NCBI GenBank assembly: GCA_951406725.2
Contig: OX597828.1
Location: 30,380,001-30,444,000, forward strand
DNA length: 64,000 nucleotides
Source: Octopus vulgaris
Taxonomy: Eukaryota
Direction of reading: 5' to 3'
Positions 40,772-52,271 of the stretch are shown piece after piece. Positions within the stretch are counted from its first letter, which is position 1; each line of letters opens with the position of its first letter. Made by a program: the position numbers and the translations under genes. Below the pieces are notes generated by a model. It was not told where the DNA came from, made no database searches, and saw only the letters and a program-made list of their open reading frames with translations.

Positions 40772-41152
40772 GGAGGCGCAATGGCCAAGTGGTTAGGGCA
40801 GCTGACTCGCGGTCGTAGGATCGCGGTTTCCATTCCCAGACCGGGCGTTGTGAGTGTTTATTGAGCGAAAGCACCTGAAGCTCCACGAGGCTCCGGCAGG
40901 GATGGTGGTGATCCCTGCTGTACTCTTTCACCACAACTTTCTCTCACTCTTACTTTCTGTTTCTGTTGTACCTGTATTTCAAAGGGCCGGCCTTGTCACT
41001 CTCTGTGTCACGCTGAATATCTCCGAGAACTACGTTAAGGGTACACGTGTCTGTGGAGTGCTCAGCCACTTGCACGTTAATTTCACGAGCAGGCTGTTCC
41101 GTTAATCGGATCAACCGGAACCCTCGTCGTCGTAATCGACGGAGTGCTTCCA
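40772..41152 (+). mobile_element. tRNA-derived SINE group C (well preserved)
   Basis: A box TGGCCAAGTGG, B-box-like GGTTTCCATTCCC, tail shared with 14640-14815. Confidence 0.9.
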
Positions 41153-41158
41153 TCCACC

Positions 41159-41159
<1 letters not shown>

Positions 41160-41233
<74 letters not shown>

Positions 41234-41385
41234 CATCATCATCATCATCATTATTATTCCTTCGTAACACAGTGCAGGTAAAAATGCACCGGAGTCTTTA
41301 GTCATCTGTCAAGTCACAACAAGGACCTCAGACAGATAATACTTTCCTTAAGATGTGCTGTGTGCCCTATAAGGCTGCTATTGGG
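41160..41385 (-). mobile_element. 3' terminus of an R4/Dong-like LINE with (TAA)n tail
   Basis: Minus strand IAAL*GTQHILRKVLSV* (same C-terminal motif as 3911-3958), short 3' UTR, then (TGA)n(TAA)n. Confidence 0.75.
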
Positions 41386-41389
41386 GAAG

Positions 41390-41525
41390 CTTATTATTGA
41401 TTTAATCACTGTGTTAATCGTTGTACTTGTTGGCTGTTTACACGTTTAACCTCCCTGTCCCTCGTCTGTGTATCGTTCTCCATGCTTTGTGTTCGGCCCT
41501 GGTAGCCAATGAATGAAGAAGCATT
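41390..41525 (+). mobile_element. isolated 3' UTR of a Tx1-like LINE
   Basis: CTGTCCCTCGTCTGT..CTTTGTGTTCGGCCCTGGTAGCCAATGAATGAAG resembles the LINE end at 46190-46255 and the SINE-A left-arm tail; followed by trinucleotide repeats. Confidence 0.5.
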
Positions 41526-41529
41526 GCTA

Positions 41530-41722
<193 letters not shown>

Positions 41723-41933
41723 TATTTGCTGCGGAGGTTTAAGCACATTTTCAAAGACGCTGCGTGAGTCTTGGTTATAATTATTCCTTACACCTATTGT
41801 TTTGTGTTCTAAGTTATTATTTTAAGTCGTCGTTCGGAACATCACGAATCACTTGCCTGGGGTACTGTTTGATTTTTGTCTTCAAAAATCGCTCACCTAT
41901 TTTGAAAAAGCAGAAAGCAAATGTACATTCAGG

Positions 41934-42083
41934 ATGTCGTCACCATCTGCCATCACCGCATCAGTGAGCGGTTTGGGAGCCGTATCTCCCACTAACCCTC
42001 CGGCAGACGAAAACGTTCCTCCCCTTCGGTCGCTCTTTTCGCTTTGTAGCCGAAGTGACTAAGGGTGACAGCAGCGGCGGCGG

Positions 42084-42114
<31 letters not shown>

Positions 42115-43900
42115 AACAACAATAACAACAACGACAAAAATGTGCACTGTGAAATCAGCAGCGGCAACATGAACACCACTGTCACCACCATCACTAATAG
42201 TAGCAGCACGAAGTTAAGCGGCGAATATAGTGAGAATGACATCATCAAAAGTAACTCCATCCCCATCTAACTTCACAGCCACTACAACAGCAATCTGTAT
42301 TTAGAAATGAAAGACAAATAAGGACATGCTGAACGATACAAGCAAAGTGACGTTAATGAAACCAGCTTGGAACTTAGACGCCACCATCAGCACTACCACC
42401 ACCAACAACAGCAGGAGCAAAAATAACTGCAACAGAAACAATAGCAGAGAGGACAACAACAATAACGGCAGCAGCAGGTGCAATAACAACAAAAACAACA
42501 ATAACAACGACGAGGAAACTGAGCAACAAACCGCTGCAACGGTTTGGAATAACACTAAAGTTTCCTTTGCTGGTGCCACCGAGTCTTTTCTTCAGATAGT
42601 AAAATTCTCTGAAAAGGAAGTAAAGAATGGCAGACAATTAGTATAAAGAGACGAGCTAACTGTCAAGCTAAATACGTCCATGGAAACTATCCAAAATACG
42701 ATACGCCACACAGTGATGTAGCGTACAATGGGGTTATATTAAACGAAACTAGGAAGTATCACAGGGGTCCAAATGCAAAAAGCTTCTGGAAACTGAAAGA
42801 ATATACCGGGAGAGGAAGGGGCTATGGGATGGTAGGGGTGATATTCCGCACAGAAGAGAAAGCTAGATCTCACTCTCTGAAACAGCCAAAATCGAGGAGC
42901 TGTTGCTAGTTCCTTTCTATTGTGGCCAGTGACAGGCCAAAATGATAATAGAACAGATGCCATTCCTTGGTTAGTTGCTGCATCGAAGGAAACTTGAAAA
43001 TTCTCGAAGGTAATCAAACCAAAAAAGGAGAACTTGCCGGGATGACAATAGAAGTTCTCCTTCAAACAACCCTAAAGAATGCGGATCTCATCCCAGAGCA
43101 GATCCATCTTCCTGGAGACAGCATTATCCTGAGCAGAGCAGATGGAAGGAAAGCAAAGTACCACATCTGCCCTTCTACCACTCATCAGAAAGCCTTCTGC
43201 CGTAGATTGAAAGAAAAATGGGAACTGGGCACCTCTTCGCCCCACACCAGCAACAGTCCCTAGCAGCAGAACCACCACAATCCGAAGATTCAGCCATGGC
43301 AGCACCAGTACTAACTATACTGATACCCAGCACCCTCAAACATTCTCAACGCCTGAAAATGTTGCACAACCTGTTGTCGAGCGAACGGAAATCACATGTG
43401 GAGAGTCTGACCGCGATGAGGAGTGGAATATAGGAATACAACAAAAAGAAAAAAGACAAAGAGAAAAACAAATCTATGGACAAAGAGCAACAATCCTCAT
43501 CCAAACAAGCAATGAAGATGGGGGGAAAAGCAACACAGATGAATACACGCGAAACAGACACTGTTTCACCCCCACTACCACAAACACCTGAAACATTAGC
43601 CCAACCAAAAACATCTCAAACACAATGCATCCTCCACACACAACCACAAGACCAGCGTTTCAAACTACATGGCAATAAGCGCAAAAAAGAAACACGAACT
43701 GATGAAGTACATAATAACAGATGTAAACATAACAGCAGAAGCTTTTGTCACCCTCACAAACTCCCAACTTGCACAAATATAAATCGATCAAACAACACGA
43801 AACACATACACACACTTACAAATGCAATTCTCAGAGGAAATCCGAGATTTTTGAGGGAATATCGCCAAGAGAATTATTGGTGATTTGCTGCTGGAAACAC
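41934..43900 (+). pseudogene. LINE ORF1 (gag-like) pseudogene with low-complexity N/S/T-rich N-terminus
   Basis: Broken frames 42055..42270, 42326..42646, 42967..43263, 43476..43883; GRKAKYHICPSTTHQKAFC is a degenerate Cx2Cx4Hx4C knuckle; lies directly upstream of the EN domain. Confidence 0.65.
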
Positions 43901-44018
43901 CCTGGTCCAACATGAGGGCTGGACAAACTGCCTCTTAAAAATAAATATCAAAACAAAAAAATAAGTAAGTTTTCCTTTTATTTTCGTTTCGTTTCCTGAC
44001 AACTCGGTCGTATACAGA

Positions 44019-46003
44019 ATGGCCAGCATGGATGTACGTGGCCTGGGGTTGCCTTGGAAGCGGGGACACCTGCTCAACGAACTCAAGGCACTGAATGTCA
44101 ATGTGGTGGCCATTATTGAAACTGGAATTTCCGATTCACGAGACTCCCAACAACATTTTCGCTGACTATAAGGTGTACACTTTTCTAAATCATCCGTGTG
44201 CGGGAGGCGGAGTCGCTGTGATGGTTCGGAAAAATCTGGACGTTACAATACGTATGATCTTTTTGAATCCAGAAGGAAAGTCGGAGATGCTGGACATGAC
44301 CGGCAGCGAAGGACATACTTTCAGGCTAGTTACCGTCTATGAGCCGACCGGGACAGGACGACTAGATTCCTTCAGACGACTAGAAGCCTTTCTGGGCAAG
44401 TCCCGTTCCATTTTTTAGTGAGGGATTTGAATGGAGTTTTAGCTGTAATTTAACATTGTGTTGGTTTAGCAGATCGGAGAGGAGGGTGAAAAAGCCTCAC
44501 AAACATGCCCAGACGATTCCAACTGTCTGACAGGTATCAACTGGATTTACCTGATCTGGCTGTGTGGACCTGGTCAAACCGCTTTCGTTAGGTGCTGGAC
44601 AGACGGACTGGTTAAATTGCTTGGGGTTTGGTTTGATCCGGACCTCTAAATCGACAAAAACTGGTAGGAAGAAATGAGTAGGATGACTACTCTCACCCTC
44701 AAATGGGCTGAGAGGAAGCTATCCCTGACAGGTCGGGCAGAGGTGGCTAACCCGTATATCCCGTCCGTCAACTACTACCTATTTCTTTATTACCCACAAG
44801 GGGCTAAACATAGAGGGGGCAAACAAGGACAGACATAGGTATTAAGTCAATTATATCGACCCCAATGCGTAGCTGGTGCTTAATTTATCGACCCTGAAAG
44901 AATGAAAGGCAAAGTCAACCTCGGCGGAATTTGAACTGAGACCGTAACGGCAGACGAAATACGGCTACGCATTTCACCCGGCGTGCTAACGTTTCTGCCA
45001 GCTCGCCGCTTGACCGTGTGCCTGGTCTCGGCCACCGTCTGATTACGCTGGAGCGTATATTATTTCGTTTCTTGTGGAAGGGACGCGTCTCGATGTTCAT
45101 TCGGTTTATCTGCTGTCTGAACACGCTGCGTGGTGGTGCCCTGTGCATGCTGTGGTTAATGATGCGCTGACATGCACTGAGGCTACGACATCATCAGTGC
45201 TTCCTTGACAGTGAACAGGTTTCGTCGCCGTTCGTTAGACGCGTATTTCCCCAGCTATTTTCTTTAACGGAGCTGCAGTCCTGGCTAAAACAGAAAAAGA
45301 ACATTTGGAAAGTAGAATGTCTTCATGCACTCACAGCCCTTAGCCAGTCGGACACTGCGACAGGTGGAGCATCCACTTCAGCTTTTAATAGAGGATTAGT
45401 GGAGGGAATGTGCGACGAGGTTCTTGGGATGACCCCGGGCGTCGAAGATCAGCTCTTTTCTGGAGATATTTCGGCCCGAGACCAATGAACAATTTCCAAA
45501 AATCTGTGGTCTAATGGTGCTACCGAGGAGCTTTGTCTGTAAGAGGTAAACTTTACACAACCGGAAATGCCATCAACTAAGCATGTTCGAGATGCACGGA
45601 GAATGACAAGACGGCTGTGCATGCACTCGTGCAATGCTCGAGCATTGCTGACCTGTGGGCTTATGTCGAACACCTGCTGTCGCGTATAGGACGAATCCGG
45701 CTGTCAACTGAATCCATCGTGAAGATCACCCCGCCGGCTTCCTTTAACTGAGAAGGGAAGGCCGGCTTCATATGCCTGGTGGCTATCGTGAAAGAGGTTG
45801 TATGGTGGACGAGACTAAAGTGGCTGATGAGAAACACTTTTTTCTTTGGTCAAGCCCTAAACAACAACTTCAAGTTTGACTTGAAAAAGAAAATACGGAT
45901 AGAGAGGGAAGTGCTCTCTTCTAGCATGTGTGCTAAAAAGTGGATGAAAGTGGTGGGAACGGTGCGTATGAATAAACATGCCCGTTCACACACCTTTATC
46001 TGA
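44019..46003 (+). pseudogene. LINE ORF2 pseudogene (APE endonuclease + post-RT region + CCHC; RT missing)
   Basis: MASMDVRGL..KRGHLLNELKALNVNVVAIIET, GGGVAVMVRK, LVTVYEPT, VWTWSN, then a jump at ~44590 to WTDGLVKLLGVWFDPDL..KLSLTGRAEVAN, CSRCTENDKTAVHALVQC and AIVKEVVWWTR. Confidence 0.88.
44776..45009 (-). mobile_element. SINE group A (head + left-arm tail) nested in the LINE
   Basis: Reverse complement reads GCGGCGAGCTGGCAGAAACGTTAGCACGCCGGG..CCCCTTGTGGGTAATAAAGAAATAGGTA; interrupts LINE codons YY|RLTV. Confidence 0.93.
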
Positions 46004-46265
46004 AGAAAAGGAATGAAAAAAAGCACCTTTCCCGAAAGTTAGAGTAAACGTAGTTTTTAAGGGGCTTTACCATGTGGAACCCTTGGATGTCTCCTCCCTA
46101 TTGAGCAATACGCATTATTGAATCTGTTTCTTTAAACGCAATAGCCTCACAGCACACACGCACACACATACACATACATTATTCGTTTTATCCTGTACTG
46201 TTCTTAATCTTTTTCTCTTAATGTGAACCCTTTGTGGTCCATAAAAAAACAGGATTATTATTGTT

Positions 46266-46480
46266 AAGGCAGTGAACAGGCAGAATCATTAGCACGCTGG
46301 ACGAAATAATTACTCGCCCGCCGCTACGTTCTGAGTTCAAATTCCGCCGAGGTAGAGTTTGCTCTTCATCCTTTCGGGTCGATGAATTGGATACCAGTGA
46401 AATACTGGGTCGATGTAATGGAGTAGTCTCCTCCCCCAAAATTTCAGGCTTTGTACCTATAATAGAAAATATTATTATTA
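46266..46480 (+). mobile_element. SINE group A (short-tail monomer)
   Basis: GGCAGAATCATTAGCACGCTGG..GAGTTCAAATTCCGCCGAGG..CATCCTTTCGGGTCGAT..CTCCCCCAAAATTTCAGGC, (TTA)n end. Confidence 0.88.
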
Positions 46481-46481
46481 A

Positions 46482-46710
46482 TGCGGTGAGCTGGCAGAAT
46501 CGTTGCCATACCGGGAGAAATGGTTAGCGGAAATTGCCCGTCTTTAAGTTCGAAGTTCAAATCCATCGAGGTCGACGTTGCCTTTCATCCTTTTCGGTGT
46601 CGATAAATTACCAGTGAAAAACTAGGATCGATGTAATCATCTAGTACCCTTCCTCCATATTTCAGGCCCTGTGCCGTTAGCAGAAATTATTATTATTATT
46701 ATTATTATTA
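46482..46710 (+). mobile_element. SINE group A (short-tail monomer), tandem with previous copy
   Basis: GCGGTGAGCTGGCAGAATCGTTG..GCCTTTCATCC..GTCGATAAATTACCAG..TTTCAGGCCCTGTGCC, (TTA)n end. Confidence 0.88.
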
Positions 46711-47265
46711 GTGAAAGAGCGATGCATGCCATCAAAGTGACATAGGGGTACAAATATACGAAGCCCAATATACCAATCAGGACTACCCGTCTGAATAGTG
46801 TACACCAGACACATGCATCACAAACATATGTGCGTGACATGTGATATTATATCAAGATAAACAATACCTACATTGCAGGTAGGGACCAGTTAGAATTTCT
46901 TTCAGGTCGACTAACCTATCCCACTCAAAAGGTCCCCAAATAAGGGCTGCTTAAGGAAGTTGAACGAAATACCCGTGTTTCTAAAGGTGAATCATTCAAA
47001 CCCCAAACAATTACTTTCAACACATGGCTATGATGTTCCCCCACTATTTCTGCTGGTGATCAGAGAGGCAGATATCGTCAACCACTAAGGGACATGCACA
47101 ACTGGTTAAGGTCAAACAACTGACAAGCAAATCTGTGCTTCTCAGTAGAATATTTGCTGAAGTCCATCTTTTATACCAAGACAAAACAACATACATGATA
47201 ACACTTCCAATCAGTTAAGATCAGAAGCCATGTGAGTCACTCCCTGGTAATGCATCAGGGCATTT
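46711..47265 (-). mobile_element. unclassified ~555-bp non-coding element embedded in (TAA)n
   Basis: Complex block with no ORF or tRNA head, bounded exactly by (TTA)n on the left and (TCA)n(TTA)n on the right. Repeat status and orientation are inferred from context. Confidence 0.5.
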
Positions 47266-47367
<102 letters not shown>

Positions 47368-47942
47368 ATCATCATCATTATTACCATTATTATAACTGCA
47401 GATAGATTTATATTAATAATTAATCTGAACATGACCTTCTTGCGTCGCTTATTCAGTGTAAGTGTACCTACGATCGCAGTACTCGATGTTTACTCGCATT
47501 CATTTTAAATCCTGATATATAAAGATAAATTGAGTGAATTAAAAGCAAGCATAACTAAAATACAATATCGCAACGACCTAAGGTTTCCCTTTATACCGAC
47601 GTAATAGTAATCATTATAATGATGTGAATAGTTTTTTTGTCGTATGTTACACACTATACTGCTTCACTAATTCCTAAAGCTATCCGGATATCTGGTTAAT
47701 ATCATATGAATTATATAAGTAGTTGAATAATTCCCCCGTAGAAAAATATATTTGCCTTTTGGCCAAAATATACTTTGTTTCTCATTTTGCGCAGTAGTGC
47801 ATTGTCTGCTAACGTACTGTTTTGGCAGCGCTATTGTAGGATTATATACTGTAAATGGGAAACCATAAACCTAACTCTCTCTCCTTCTCTCTCTCTCTCT
47901 CTCTGTCTATCTTTCTATCTGTAAGTTTATATATAATTATAT

Positions 47943-48115
47943 GTGGGTGAGTGGCTGTGTAGTAAATAGCTTGCTTACGAACCACATATTTCCTGGCTCA
48001 GTCCCACTGCGTGGCGACTTGGACAAGTGTCTTCTACTATAGCCTCAGGCCAACCAAAGCCTTGTGAGTGGATTTGGTATACGGAAACTATAAGACGCCT
48101 GCCGTATATATGTAC
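47943..48115 (+). mobile_element. SINE group B 5' half ending in its internal (TA)n
   Basis: GAGTGGCTGTGTAGTAAATAGCTTGC..CTCAGTCCCACTGCGTGGC..GGACAAGTGTCTTCTACTATAGCC..GCCTTGTGAGTGGATTTGGTA. Confidence 0.88.
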
Positions 48116-48156
<41 letters not shown>

Positions 48157-48353
48157 AGTAGGTGAATGAATTATCCTATGTTTATCGTCAGCATGGAAAA
48201 TTCATTTAACCGAAACCTGGGTCGCAAATTCACGTCAGAAAACACGGTTGAAGCGACTTGTCAAGGGTAGAAACTCCGGGTTCTTGTGTAGAAATTTGTG
48301 TTTTGTATATGAATAAATGAAAGAATGGAGTCGAACGAAGATGTTAACAAAAT

Positions 48354-48449
48354 TCCTTTACTCTCGACACATGTTTCGAAGACAGCATATTTTTATTCCG
48401 AAGGAATAAAGGGTGCATTATGCAATCTTCTCATCAGGAAAGAAAAAGA
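48354..48449 (-). ncRNA. type I hammerhead ribozyme (Penelope-associated)
   Basis: Minus strand CTTTC-CTGATGA-[GAAGA..TTTATTCC TTC GGAATAAA..TCTTC]-GAAAC ATGT GTC^GAGAG: intact CUGAUGA/GAAA core, GUC cleavage triplet, stem I CTTTC/GAGAG extendable by 6 bp after one mismatch, long stem II, 2-bp stem III with palindromic ACATGT. Confidence 0.85.
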
Positions 48450-48978
48450 GCCTCTCTCAACAACAAGACGAACAAAAATTTCGATGATTGCCTACATGGT
48501 AACCACAGCGATAATGAGTGTTTTTAAAAAATTCGTTATAAGAATTGACGTCAAAAATGGATAGTAGGAGGAAGTAAAAATAGGTAGGGGACAGTATGTT
48601 TGCTGTATGTATGGAAATGTGTGGGTGTGTGCTTGTTTTAATGAGTGCGAGTGTTTGTGTGTGTGTATGTGTGTGTGTATATAACTGCATTTTTGTCTGT
48701 GTGTGTGATTGTGTGTGAGAGAGAGACATACGTCAAATATATGTAGTAGTAAGGGAATATTTGTGTCTGTGTGTGTGATTGTGTGTGTGATTGTGTGAGT
48801 GGGAGAGAGAAACATACGTCAAAGATATTTAGTCGTAAGGGAATATATAAAGGAGTAATAGGTAGGGAAGGGGAAGTGTACGTTGATTGAAAGAATGTTC
48901 AGAGGCATAGGAAATAATTTCTCTATAGCAGTGGTGTGGACGTGAAGCTAATTGTTAAAACCACAGTGGCTATCGTTA

Positions 48979-49469
48979 TCATTTATATGAGTAGAAAGTG
49001 TGTTTCTGCCAATGTTTACATTTGTACGATTTTTCTATGAGTGTGTTTACTAGGAGAACCTTAGCGAAAAGAATATGGAAGAGCTCAGAGTTACAAATGT
49101 TACAAAATCTTCTGCCCTTATCAAAAGGAAAGGATACAGACAATATGAACCAATCCAACTTGAAAGTTATATTGTTGTCTTTAAGACGCCAAACTAATTT
49201 ACTTAGCCCTATACTATGCCGTTTTTTCCTATCTCTGAATGTCGAATAGTGGTTAGAAATGTTCTTGGATAACTGAGAAGTGGTCGCACCTATATAGAAG
49301 AAGACATCGGTACCGGAAGAAATTCTACACTGGTAAATGGAATTCTTAATTTTGGAATTACTAGACAAAAATTTTAATCTGTTAGGGTTGTCCTCCGAGA
49401 TCGAGACGGAGTTTTTATTGTTATGATTGTTGTTATTATTATTACTAGCGCTAACAACTACACTATTTA

Positions 49470-49503
<34 letters not shown>

Positions 49504-49719
49504 TGTACTACAATCAGCAATATCACCGACAATAATACCGTTATTGTTGTTACCATCAACACTACCAATGTTATTAACCCGACTAATACTATTATTAATA
49601 TTATGATTGTTAACACTATCGCTGCTACCAATGCTGGTACTATTAATACTATTTCTATTATTATGATTGTATGATGGGTTGGAATCGGTAAGATTGTTTT
49701 GCGGTCTGTCTGTTTCATG
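48979..49719 (-). pseudogene. Penelope-type GIY-YIG endonuclease domain with Asn/Ser-rich N-terminal extension (open frame, RT absent)
   Basis: NSIYQC..FYIGATT..SNHYSTFR..LSKLVWRLK..LDWFIL..PFDKGRRFCNICNSELFHIL..LVN..KCKH; by hand the frame stays open from the stop at 49720-49722 to 48979. Confidence 0.85.
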
Positions 49720-50971
49720 TCATTCGCAAGTTTTGTGTCACTCACGCTTTTGCCTCCTAGTCCGCTTCATGTTAATGTGAAATTCATAGCTATTTAACCA
49801 CGCTGGCTTCGATAAACAGACTATCCTGCACACACACATACACACGGAAGCTTATATGTATGGCATACATATATGCCTCTACGTGTGTGTATGTGAAAGA
49901 GGTTAATGGTGCATGTACAAAAATATGCTTTCAATCTATATAAATATTTGGTACAAGGCCGTCAATCCTTCGTTATTTGCGTCGATAGATATGAATACAT
50001 GATAAAAGAAAAAAGCCGACTAGATTTATATAGTAAACGTATCTAAACCGCTCTAGCCAGATATTTTGAAAGTCCACTGCAAACTTCGATATTTGTTGTT
50101 ACATATATCAGTTTCTTTGGTTGTGATATAAAGATAAATTTCCCAAGTTATCTAAAAGTGTTAGAGTAACGTGTAATATTTTGGTGATGCACATTATCTT
50201 TACCATGTACTTAAATACAAACTATATAATACTATGACTATATAATAATATAAAACAAATTAATTATATATATAATCATTTTTTTGTAATCGGCAATATA
50301 TTCTGTTATTAATATCGTGTGCAAATATGCGGTGTTGATTGTTTATATGTTTATATACGTGTACCTAATGAAATAGATATTAATATTAATAACATTAAAT
50401 GAATAAATAAAATATTCAATTATACTAATTACATAAATGAAATAATGAATAAATAAAAATTCATTCACTAAATTATATATGAATTCATAAATAAATAATG
50501 TGTAAAATTATATGTTAATAAATTTAAATTAAAAATACTTTAATAAAACAGAGAATGTATAGATGTATTTCGAAGGTTCCCATTTAATAATGAAAAATGA
50601 ACTATGATTTCAGCATGTTTATATAATGATGAAATAAAATCTAATAATTCATACGCGTAGACAAGTACGTGCTGTCAAGCTACAATAAACACATATAACT
50701 GAATGCAAAAAGAAACATTCACGGCAATACAATTAATAGCGGATATGAGGTTCGATTCCCGAAGGTGATATTGTATGCTCCTTTTTATCATACTCACGTG
50801 CATTCACACATGTTTTACGATTCAAACAGGAAAATTAAACTTAGAACTCGAGGGTTTAATTGGTTTCCTTTTTTTCTATTAAGAAGCGGTAGAAGACAAG
50901 GAGTGACACAAGGGCTGTCTCTCGGTCCTCGTAGTATTCTGTAACTTATGTAGATTATTAATCAAACGAAA

Positions 50972-51012
<41 letters not shown>

Positions 51013-51766
51013 CACACATACACAAACACGCACACATATATGCGCGCGTGTGTGTGTGTGTGCAATAGCTGAACCGCGATATGGCGTATTAGCAAAGATG
51101 TAAAGTATTTCAGCTTTTTAAATTAAATCATAATTCCGTTGTAAACCAAGTGATAAGTATTTTCCATTTCGCTTCTTAGCTTGGGAATGCATTAATGATA
51201 TGGAATGGAAAAACTTTCAAGTATCAGCACCATGTGGAGTCACTATACGAAACACTGTTAAAATCTTCGCAAAATAACTCATCTTATTATTAAGAATATT
51301 GATAGTGAACAAAAACGTAAAGCATTTCATTTGGATCACCTCATATCAAGATATAAAGCATTTTAAAAAGTCGTCTACGTCGATAGAATATTTGGGTTGA
51401 TTTCACTCCGTATTGAAACCAATTCAAGGCTCCACTAGTTTAGCTTTAAATTGGTTGAACACCGTCCCTATCGGTTTTTGTTCCCATCACAATCTGATAG
51501 GAACCTTATTCTGGTAAAGCGGCAAATTGTATTACCTTCTAATTGTTGAGTGGTTGACAACTAAATCGGCCCCTTATCAGATTTGTTCAGTGTGAAAAGC
51601 GCATGGGCTTTCAGTCGTATTAAAAACCAAACGTATTAAAGGTAGGAATTCATTTGAAGGCAAACAGCACAGATACCTCAGGGATGGGTAAATGATCTTC
51701 ACAAGGATTAAGAAACCCAATGAAATAATTGCATGCAATTTGTACCAATAACTTAATTTGAGGAAC

Positions 51767-51895
51767 GCGGTGAGCTAACAGAATCATTAACGCGCCGTGC
51801 AAATTCCTTAGCGGTATTTCGTCCGTTTTTACCTCCCAAGTTCACATTCAGCCGCAGCCGATTTGCCTTTCATTCTTTCGAGGTTGATAAATTTA
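51767..51895 (+). mobile_element. SINE group A 5' portion
   Basis: GCGGTGAGCTAACAGAATCATTAACGCGCCG..CTTAGCGGTATTTCGTCCG..TTTGCCTTTCATTCTTTCGAGGTTGATAAA. Confidence 0.8.
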
Positions 51896-52271
51896 GACGT
51901 TGGCGTCTACATGCCCTACCGTGAGTCATGGTGGTATGTTAGCGAGTCCCGCACGAACTACCAGCAGATCGATTTTTAATTTCTTTTCTATGGTCTTTCT
52001 GAGAGCTTGTATGCGCCGATTGCTTCGATTTGTGCTTTTGCGACACCAAGACAACAATTTTATATAAATCCTTTATATTCTTTTTTCTTTGTCCTTATTT
52101 CACCATGTAATTAGGTAAAATAGAAGATTGAGTACTGAGAAAATTTTATTCGCCATTGAAACAAAAATACCTAGTTCTTTTTGAAAAGATTTCTAGATCT
52201 TCCAATAGAAAATACCGGCAATTTTTAATTGACCACGGGTAGGTTGTGTGTTATCTAGGATGTAATATGAA

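Larger units (their letters stand above)
41730..46262 (+). mobile_element. near full-length Tx1/L1-clade LINE, decayed, with RT core deleted and a SINE inserted
   Basis: ORF1-like region with zinc knuckle, APE endonuclease, post-RT domain, C-terminal CCHC and a 3' UTR ending CCCTTTGTGGTCCATAAAAAAACAGG+(TTA). The 5' boundary is approximate. Confidence 0.85.
48160..49800 (-). mobile_element. 5'-truncated Penelope-like element (Asn-rich linker, GIY-YIG, 3' region with hammerhead)
   Basis: GIY-YIG frame at 49719-48979 followed on the same strand by a hammerhead ribozyme; boundaries approximate. Confidence 0.8.

Noticed and set aside
40772-40850. tRNA gene (also at 14488 and 55840)
   Set aside because: A/B boxes are present but there is no complete cloverleaf, and each continues into a SINE body, so these are SINE heads.
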